Shown here piece by piece: positions 1 through 5,122 of a stretch of 9,785 nt of DNA. Every line of letters starts with the position of its first letter. Position 1 is the first letter of the stretch. The DNA is taken from contig JAWBIX010000014.1 in assembly GCA_038833255.1 (NCBI GenBank), positions 1 through 9,785 of the forward strand, in the 5' to 3' direction. The notes under the pieces were generated by a model that searched no databases, had not been told where the DNA came from, and saw nothing but the letters and a program-made list of their open reading frames with translations. The position numbers and the translations under genes are program-made. This stretch comes from Nanopusillaceae archaeon. GTDB lineage: Archaea > Nanobdellota > Nanobdellia > Nanobdellales > Nanobdellaceae.

Positions 1-1916
1 ATTCTACAATCTCCTTAACAATTACAGCAAATCAAGGATTAAATGAAGGTTCTTATGTAATAAATATTACAGGTATTTCTGATACGAATGTACAAATAAC
101 AAAGAGCATAATTGTTAATGTAAGAAGCGTGAAAGTATATTTTATAGATCCAACACCACCAAACAATGCAAATTTAAATTATATCTATTTACCAATAGCA
201 TTTTATACAACAGTATCAAATATTATTCTTGAAATAAATAATCAAAATTATACGATATTTGCTAAACCAAATTCAAATAATTTAATAGAGCTTTATTATA
301 ACTATTCCAATCCGAGTGGATTACCAACCTTATATAATTTAATTGGTAATCTCGGGGGAAATGTAAGATTTAGATTATATGCAATAGGACCAACAATAAA
401 TTTAACTGAAGAAAGAACAATATATATTCCACCCTTACAATATCAAGTAAATTATATAGATCCAACACCACAAAACAATTATGTAACAAGTACTTGGTTA
501 TTACAAATTAAAGGAGAAATAATTGACAATACTTTATCAAAAAATGATTGTTATTTAGAATTACTAAATCCAAATACATCTTCTTGGGATTCTATTAAAA
601 TAGATAAATGTGAAACTGTAATATATAATGATAATTTGAAAATATATGGAAGGGATATAGGAAATTATTATGAAATTAAATATAGACTAAGAATCAATAG
701 TTCTCAGGGTTTAACATATACTGCACCTGAAAGAACTTTATATGTAGACAAAGCAGCAAAATATGTGGAAGTTATTTCTCCAGATATGAAATCATATGAA
801 ATTCAATCAAAAATTATAAATTCTGTAGTAAGTGGAATACCTTATATAGTATTTGTAGCGGGAAGCTATAAAGTTAATTTAATAATAGATATAAATGAAT
901 CAAGTATTGTATTGTTAGGATATAACACTGTTTTAGAGCCTTTATCTGTAGGATCTCCGATAATAACAGTAAAATCTGGTAATGTTGTAATAGAAGGATT
1001 TAATATGAATTCTAGATTGTTTGCATTAAGAATTGATGGCGGAAACGTTACTATAAGAAATGTAAATATAAATTCGAATTTATATGGAATACAAACAAAT
1101 AAAAATGCGACAATAGCTATAGAAAATAGCAATATCTATGGAAAAGTGGGAGGAATCCATGCATCAGCAGGAATAGGAAATTCGATAATCTTTTCTTCTA
1201 GAATCTCTTCAGATATTTGGGGAATATATTTAAAAGATGCATACAATATACAAGTTAAAAATTCTAGTATTTTGGCCAGAGTATTTGGAATAAATATTGA
1301 AGGAAATTCCTCAAATATTCTTATAGAAAATGTAAATGTAGAAGCAAAAATATTTGGAATATATATAAAAGAGGGAAGTAATATTTATGTAAGAAATTCC
1401 ATAGTAGATTCAGAAATATTTGGATTGAAAGTAGATGTAGGAAATAATTATATAGAAAATATAACAATCTATTCAAAGAAAGTATTTGGAATATATATAT
1501 TACAGCCAAACAATTTAAATAATATTACTATTTACGGAGGAATATTTGGAGCATATTTAACAGGAAATGGAAATAATATAAAAATATTTGGATCTAGATT
1601 AGGAATTAACTTATTTGGATCTGGAAGGATAAATGACCTTTCTTTAGATTCTGCAAGATTTAACATAGAATATACAGGATCTAGTATAATAAGATCCTCT
1701 AATAAAGCACCAGAGACATTATTAGGATTTGTATTTGGAGAAAATCAATTTGAATTGTTAGGAGATTTAAACGCAAATATAACATTTATTACAAATATAG
1801 CTTCTAATAGATTTAGAATTGCAAAAATTATAGGATCTAGAGGAAGTTTTATAGCAAACGATACTCTAACTTTCCAACCATCAGGTTATGGAATTTACGC
1901 ATTATATTATTCTTAA
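1..1916 (+). CDS. Large secreted/cell-surface protein, 5'-truncated by the window edge: Ig-like modules followed by a NosD/CASH-type right-handed parallel beta-helix (PbH1 repeats)
   Basis: The frame of the 129..1916 ORF stays open upstream of GTG-129. Hand translation of nt 3-128 gives STISLTITANQGLNEGSYVINITGISDTNVQITKSIIVNVRS with no stop, resembling the last strands of an Ig-like domain, so the gene starts outside the window. Downstream are two ~100-aa modules (IDPTPxNN ... ERTxY[IV]), a NosD-like cap (SKIINSVVSGIPYIVFVAGSYKVNLIID) and ~10 coils of 20-23 aa with [IVL]FG[IA]Y and N-x-[IV] ladders. Stop TAA at 1914-1916. No C-terminal TM segment. Confidence 0.8.
   Translation, partial: STISLTITANQGLNEGSYVINITGISDTNVQITKSIIVNVRSVKVYFIDPTPPNNANLNYIYLPIAFYTTVSNIILEINNQNYTIFAKPNSNNLIELYYNYSNPSGLPTLYNLIGNLGGNVRFRLYAIGPTINLTEERTIYIPPLQYQVNYIDPTPQNNYVTSTWLLQIKGEIIDNTLSKNDCYLELLNPNTSSWDSIKIDKCETVIYNDNLKIYGRDIGNYYEIKYRLRINSSQGLTYTAPERTLYVDKAAKYVEVISPDMKSYEIQSKIINSVVSGIPYIVFVAGSYKVNLIIDINESSIVLLGYNTVLEPLSVGSPIITVKSGNVVIEGFNMNSRLFALRIDGGNVTIRNVNINSNLYGIQTNKNATIAIENSNIYGKVGGIHASAGIGNSIIFSSRISSDIWGIYLKDAYNIQVKNSSILARVFGINIEGNSSNILIENVNVEAKIFGIYIKEGSNIYVRNSIVDSEIFGLKVDVGNNYIENITIYSKKVFGIYILQPNNLNNITIYGGIFGAYLTGNGNNIKIFGSRLGINLFGSGRINDLSLDSARFNIEYTGSSIIRSSNKAPETLLGFVFGENQFELLGDLNANITFITNIASNRFRIAKIIGSRGSFIANDTLTFQPSGYGIYALYYS
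135..746 (+). repeat. Two tandem ~100-aa protein modules (probable Ig-like beta-sandwich domains) within the surface protein
   Basis: Module A (nt 135-428) runs VYFIDPTPPNN...FRLYAIG...EERTIYI. Module B (nt 447-746) runs VNYIDPTPQNN...YRLRINS...PERTLYV. They share boundary motifs and similar length, but the interiors have diverged. Confidence 0.55.
954..1658 (+). repeat. About 10-11 parallel beta-helix coils (PbH1-type, 20-23 aa each) within the surface protein
   Basis: Successive coils read LFALRIDGGNVTIRNVNINSN / LYGIQTNKNATIAIENSNIYGKV / ... / IWGIYLKDAYNIQVKNSSILAR / VFGINIEGNSSNILIENVNVEAK / IFGIYIKEGSNIYVRNSIVDSE / IFGLKVDVGNNYIENITIYSKK / VFGIYILQPNNLNNITIYGG / IFGAYLTGNGNNIKIFGSR. 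At DNA level the octamer TATTTGGA recurs at 1282, 1351, 1417, 1483, 1543, 1585 and 1612 (and again at 1732, just past this span). Confidence 0.7.
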
Positions 1917-1938
1917 TTTTTTAGATAATATTTAGTTA

Positions 1939-3030
1939 ATGTTATGTAAACATTTTGGTATTTGTGGCGGATGTCAGATTCAAAATATTTCTTATAAAGA
2001 ACAATTAGAAATTAAAGTAAAGAATGTTATAGATTTATTTGGGAAGGAACCAGAGGAAATAATTCCTTCTCCAAAAATTTATTATTATAGAAATAGAATG
2101 GATTGGGCTATTGGAAGAAATTATGAAGTTGGATTAAAAGAATATGGAAAATGGTGGGCATATGTTGATATTTATGAATGTTTATTGCAATCCAAAGAAA
2201 GTGATGAAATTAGAAATAAATTTAGAGAATTTATTAAAGAAAAAAATATAGAGCCATGGGATAATATTAAACACAAAGGCCTCGTGAGATATTTAATTAT
2301 TAGAGAAGGCAAATTTACTGGGGAAAGGATGATCACTATATTATTATCTAAAAACGAAAATAATATTTTTAAAGAATTTTTAGATATTATAAAAGACAAA
2401 ATAACTTCTGCATATATAGGAATAAATAAGGAAATATCAGATATATCATATGCTAAAGAAAAATATTTGATTTATGGAAAAAAATATTTAGAAGAAAAGA
2501 TTTTGGACAACATCTATTATATATTACCAAATTCCTTTTTTCAACCAAATAGTTATACTTTAGAAACTATGATTAAAAGAGTAGTAGAATTTTTAGATCC
2601 AAAAGAAAACGAAATTATATTTGACTTATATAGCGGAATTGGAACATTTTCTATAGAGATAGCAAAATATTGTAAAGAAGTTATTGGGGTTGATATAGAA
2701 AAGGAGGCAGAAGAATTATTTTTCTTAAATTCAGAAAAGAATGAAATAAAAAATACAAAATTTATTTTAGAAAGAGTAGAAGATATAAATGAAATAAAAT
2801 CAAACAAAGTTGTTATGGATCCACCCAGATCCGGATGTCATCCAAAGGTTTTAAAAAATTTAATTAAATCAGGTATAAAAAAGATTGTCTACGTTTCATG
2901 TAATCCTAAAACTCAAAATAGAGATATAAAATTTTTAATTAAAAAAGGATATAATCTAGAAAAATATATTCTCATTGATCAATTTCCTCACACTTTTCAT
3001 ATAGAATCTATAGCAGTTTTAGAAAGATAA
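1939..3030 (+). CDS. RNA (uracil-C5)-methyltransferase, RumA/RlmC/TrmA family, with an N-terminal [4Fe-4S] Cys motif and no TRAM domain
   Basis: 363 aa. Cys3-x5-Cys9-x2-Cys12 plus Cys81 matches the Fe-S ligand pattern of RumA/RlmC. Other motifs: FFQPN (aa 200-204), SAM motif I DLYSGIGTFS (229-238), motif IV DPPRSG (294-299), nucleophile Cys321 in VYVSCNP, and Glu356 in FHIESIAVL. An in-frame TAG at 1933-1935 rules out a longer N-terminus. Confidence 0.88.
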   Translation: MLCKHFGICGGCQIQNISYKEQLEIKVKNVIDLFGKEPEEIIPSPKIYYYRNRMDWAIGRNYEVGLKEYGKWWAYVDIYECLLQSKESDEIRNKFREFIKEKNIEPWDNIKHKGLVRYLIIREGKFTGERMITILLSKNENNIFKEFLDIIKDKITSAYIGINKEISDISYAKEKYLIYGKKYLEEKILDNIYYILPNSFFQPNSYTLETMIKRVVEFLDPKENEIIFDLYSGIGTFSIEIAKYCKEVIGVDIEKEAEELFFLNSEKNEIKNTKFILERVEDINEIKSNKVVMDPPRSGCHPKVLKNLIKSGIKKIVYVSCNPKTQNRDIKFLIKKGYNLEKYILIDQFPHTFHIESIAVLER

Positions 3031-3037
3031 CAATAGA

Positions 3038-3047
3038 TTTATATAAA
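3038..3047 (+). promoter_or_regulatory. Candidate archaeal TATA box (TTTATATAAA) for the archaellin gene
   Basis: TTTATATAAA is centred about 26 nt upstream of the ATG at 3068, the usual TATA-to-TSS spacing, which implies a leaderless or near-leaderless mRNA. No Shine-Dalgarno-like purine run lies before the ATG. The AT-rich background makes this weak evidence. Confidence 0.4.
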
Positions 3048-3067
3048 TTAAAGTATTTTGTTATATA

Positions 3068-3925
3068 ATGGTAAAAACACAGTTTGGATTAACAACTTTA
3101 ATTATTTTTATAGCAATGATAGTAACAGCAGCAATTGCAGCAGGAGTAATAATTTATACAACTCAAACATTGCAGCAGAGAGCTTTACAGGTTGGAGCAC
3201 AAGCAAGAGAAAGAGTTGCTACTGGAGTTGAAGTTGTTAGGGTTTTTGGATATCAATATGATATAAATAGGCAGATCTTAAATAGAGACTTACAGGCAAT
3301 ATCCTTAATAGCACCAGTTATAAGACTAATGTCAGGATCTAGACCAATAAGCTTTAGTAGAATATCATATATACTAACAACAGGAATGGGAGATGTTTAT
3401 GCATATCAAGTAGGAAATAAATTACCAACAGCAGTATATGTAACTTTACAGGGTGGTAGTTATTTAGTTTATGGATTCTTATTCAATGATGCGGTTGATG
3501 TTAAAAATGTAACTTCATTTGATGCTAGAGAATGTAGTATTATAAAAGCATATGATGGAGAATATATCGAAGCTAATGTAATTAGAGATGAAAACAATGC
3601 AGTTATCGGTTGTTGGATAGCTTTGAAATCTATAGCAATAGACAGACCTTTAAGAGATATAGATATATTAAATATACTTTTTGAATTAAAAGAAGCTGGA
3701 ATAGCTTCACCTTTTGCAATTGTAGGAATTCAATTATCGCAGATATCTCCTTTTATACAAGAAGGAGATTTATATCAAATTATGTTGTATTTAGGAAAAT
3801 ATTTGCCTTCTAGAACTAGATATACTTTGCAAATAATTCCACAAGAAGGATATATTGTTACAATAGATGGATTTGTACCAACAGTATTGACATCAATATT
3901 TGAAGATATTTGGGCTGCCGGATAG
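3068..3925 (+). CDS. flaB: Archaellin (archaeal flagellin, FlaB/ArlB family) with a class III signal peptide
   Basis: 285 aa. Short positively charged leader MVKTQFG, with a probable cut after Gly7. The hydrophobic helix LTTLIIFIAMIVTAAIAAGVIIY is followed by TQTLQQRALQVGAQARERVATGVEVVRVFGY. This matches the conserved archaellin N-domain as I recall it from Methanococcus FlaB (approx. GTLIVFIAMVLVAAVAA..LI.T.G.LQQKA...). The C-terminal LQIIPQEGYIVTIDGFVP resembles the conserved archaellin C-terminal strand. Stop TAG at 3923-3925. Confidence 0.88.
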   Translation: MVKTQFGLTTLIIFIAMIVTAAIAAGVIIYTTQTLQQRALQVGAQARERVATGVEVVRVFGYQYDINRQILNRDLQAISLIAPVIRLMSGSRPISFSRISYILTTGMGDVYAYQVGNKLPTAVYVTLQGGSYLVYGFLFNDAVDVKNVTSFDARECSIIKAYDGEYIEANVIRDENNAVIGCWIALKSIAIDRPLRDIDILNILFELKEAGIASPFAIVGIQLSQISPFIQEGDLYQIMLYLGKYLPSRTRYTLQIIPQEGYIVTIDGFVPTVLTSIFEDIWAAG

Positions 3926-3935
3926 TTTCTTTTTT
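3926..3935 (+). terminator. Oligo-T tract (TTTCTTTTTT) directly after the archaellin stop
   Basis: A T3-C-T6 run begins at the first base after TAG. Archaeal intrinsic termination typically uses T-runs of 5 or more. It is followed by the inverted repeat AATAAA-aaa-TTTATT (3937-3951). Confidence 0.4.
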
Positions 3936-3983
3936 AAATAAAAAATTTATTATTTTAAAAGTGATTCAAAAATTTATAATTAT

Positions 3984-4055
3984 GCCGCCGTAGCTCAGCG
4001 GTAGAGCGGCGGACTTGTAATCCGCAGGTCGCGGGTTCAAATCCCGCCGGCGGCT
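3984..4055 (+). tRNA. tRNA-Thr (anticodon TGT), 72 nt, no intron, no encoded CCA
   Basis: Hand-folded cloverleaf. Acceptor GCCGCCG/CGGCGGC. D arm GCTC-AGCGGTA-GAGC. Anticodon arm GCGGA-CTTGTAA-TCCGC (anticodon at 4016-4018). Variable loop AGGTC. T arm GCGGG-TTCAAAT-CCCGC. Discriminator T. About 68% G+C by hand count. Confidence 0.95.
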
Positions 4056-4099
4056 TATTAATTAAACTTTATTCTTTACTTAAATAGCTTTATATTTAC

Positions 4100-4105
4100 T
4101 TTTTT
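4100..4105 (+). terminator. T6 tract, possible terminator of the tRNA-Thr transcript
   Basis: This is the first run of 5 or more T after the tRNA-Thr 3' end, about 45 nt downstream. Weak evidence in AT-rich DNA. Confidence 0.3.
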
Positions 4106-4129
4106 AGTAGTTTAAACACTTATTATTTA

Positions 4130-4149
4130 AATAAATTTTAAAATTTATT
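4130..4149. repeat. Perfect 20-bp palindrome AATAAATTTTAAAATTTATT upstream of tRNA-Asp (candidate promoter/operator)
   Basis: The sequence equals its own reverse complement (10-bp arms, no spacer). It spans -47 to -28 relative to the mature tRNA-Asp 5' end, where BRE/TATA elements would be expected. Confidence 0.6.
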
Positions 4150-4176
4150 CTTATGTAAAGATAATATTATCAACAA

Positions 4177-4247
4177 GCCCCCGTGGTGTAGTGGCAGCAT
4201 TCGGGACTGTCGATCCCGCGGCCCGGGTTCGAATCCCGGCGGGGGCG
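4177..4247 (+). tRNA. tRNA-Asp (anticodon GTC), 71 nt, no intron, no encoded CCA
   Basis: Hand-folded cloverleaf. Acceptor GCCCCCG/CGGGGGC. D arm GTGT-AGTGGCA-GCAT (two G-U pairs). Anticodon arm CGGGA-CTGTCGA-TCCCG (anticodon at 4209-4211). Variable loop CGGC. T arm CCGGG-TTCGAAT-CCCGG. Discriminator G. About 73% G+C by hand count. Confidence 0.95.
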
Positions 4248-4248
4248 G

Positions 4249-4254
4249 TTTTTT
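4249..4254 (+). terminator. T6 tract two nt after the tRNA-Asp 3' end
   Basis: GG-TTTTTT-C lies immediately downstream of the discriminator base, a typical archaeal oligo-T terminator position for a tRNA gene. Confidence 0.45.
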
Positions 4255-4273
4255 CTTATTATATTTAAACTAT

Positions 4274-5119
4274 TTAAAAAATTCCAAGTATATATTTTTT
4301 AGCAATTTCATTGGCAAACTTTAATCTTTCAATATTTGAAAATTTTTTATAATATCCAAAAAAATTTGCAGCATTCCAAACATCTCCTGCTCCTGTTAGA
4401 ATTTTTGGTTTTATTTTTTCAATTTTTATATATGTATCTGAGGGTAAAGAATATACAAAATCTGGAGAGTGAATATCTAAATTTTTTACTTTTATTTCTT
4501 TAAATAAATTTTTAGATAATTCAATATAATCTTCTCCATTGATCCCTAAAAAATTACATAAATAAGACAATTCATGTTCATTTAAGCTTAAAGTCCAAAT
4601 TTTACCTTCTTTTAGTATTTTAATTAAATTAGGCAAATTTTTTCTATTTACAGAAGGATCTCCAATATCTAAATATATTTTTGCATTACTATTTTCAATA
4701 ATCCATTTTAACAATTCATTAGATTTTTTATTATTGTTCCAATTACCAAAAAAAATGTATTCCGACTTTTTAATTATATCTAAATATTTTGATATTTTAG
4801 ATATTTGAATTCCTCTGGAATCTGTAAACATAATTCTATCTTCTTTTTCAATAGAAACAGTAATATTATTCTTAGTAAATACGGGATAAAAATTTATTTT
4901 TAATTTTTTAAGTTCTTTTTTTGCGATTATATAAGACAATTTTCCACAACATGCAATTAAATTATTTTTTAACCCTAATTTTGATAAAGCAATTGAAAAA
5001 TTTGCAGCGTTTCCTCCAATTTTTATTAATATTTTTGATTTTATATTTCCAGTTTTTTTATTTTCTTTTTTAGATTTAACAATAATATCTAAAAATAGAT
5101 CTGGTAAACAGGTTATCAT
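4274..5119 (-). CDS. PfkB/ribokinase-family carbohydrate (or nucleoside) kinase, substrate unknown
   Basis: 281 aa. The N-terminal GG motif (KIGGNAANFSIALSKLGL) and the C-terminal anion-hole/catalytic-base motif (ILTGAGDVWNAANF) are the two PfkB family signatures. No TM segments. ATG at 5119-5117 lies 3 nt after the flippase stop. Confidence 0.85.
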   Translation of the reverse strand: MITCLPDLFLDIIVKSKKENKKTGNIKSKILIKIGGNAANFSIALSKLGLKNNLIACCGKLSYIIAKKELKKLKINFYPVFTKNNITVSIEKEDRIMFTDSRGIQISKISKYLDIIKKSEYIFFGNWNNNKKSNELLKWIIENSNAKIYLDIGDPSVNRKNLPNLIKILKEGKIWTLSLNEHELSYLCNFLGINGEDYIELSKNLFKEIKVKNLDIHSPDFVYSLPSDTYIKIEKIKPKILTGAGDVWNAANFFGYYKKFSNIERLKFANEIAKKYILGIF

Positions 5120-5122
5120 AGA

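Noticed and set aside
129-131. GTG at 129 as the start codon of the first ORF (as in the ORF track)
   Set aside because: The same frame has no stop between nt 3 and 128 and encodes a sensible beta-strand-rich domain end. The ORF is simply cut by the window edge.
866-1509. Antisense ORFs 866..1132 (-) and 1321..1509 (-) inside the surface-protein gene
   Set aside because: They lie entirely within a long ORF that has clear domain structure. Their translations are low-complexity Phe/Leu/Ile strings expected from the reverse complement of Asn/Lys/Ile-rich coding DNA.
2201-2207. GTGATGA (C-box-like) as a possible C/D box sRNA
   Set aside because: No CTGA D box or C'/D' set lies at the right distance, and it sits inside a well-supported CDS. 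The intergenic regions contain no TGATGA on either strand.
2172-2807. Antisense ORFs 2172..2399 (-) and 2553..2807 (-) inside the methyltransferase gene
   Set aside because: The sense ORF carries a full set of catalytic motifs. The antisense products are low-complexity and have no start or promoter context.
4058-4117. Short palindromes TTAATTAA (4058-4065) and GTTTAAAC (4110-4117) in the tRNA spacer
   Set aside because: Eight-bp A/T-rich palindromes are expected frequently by chance at this base composition, and they lack the length or positional argument of the 20-bp palindrome.
3926-4273. tRNA-linked integrated element, split-tRNA halves or tRNA introns
   Set aside because: Both tRNAs fold as complete canonical cloverleaves. 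I found no second copy of either tRNA 3' end elsewhere in the window, no integrase or transposase ORF, and no other G+C-rich island that could be a tRNA half or leader.
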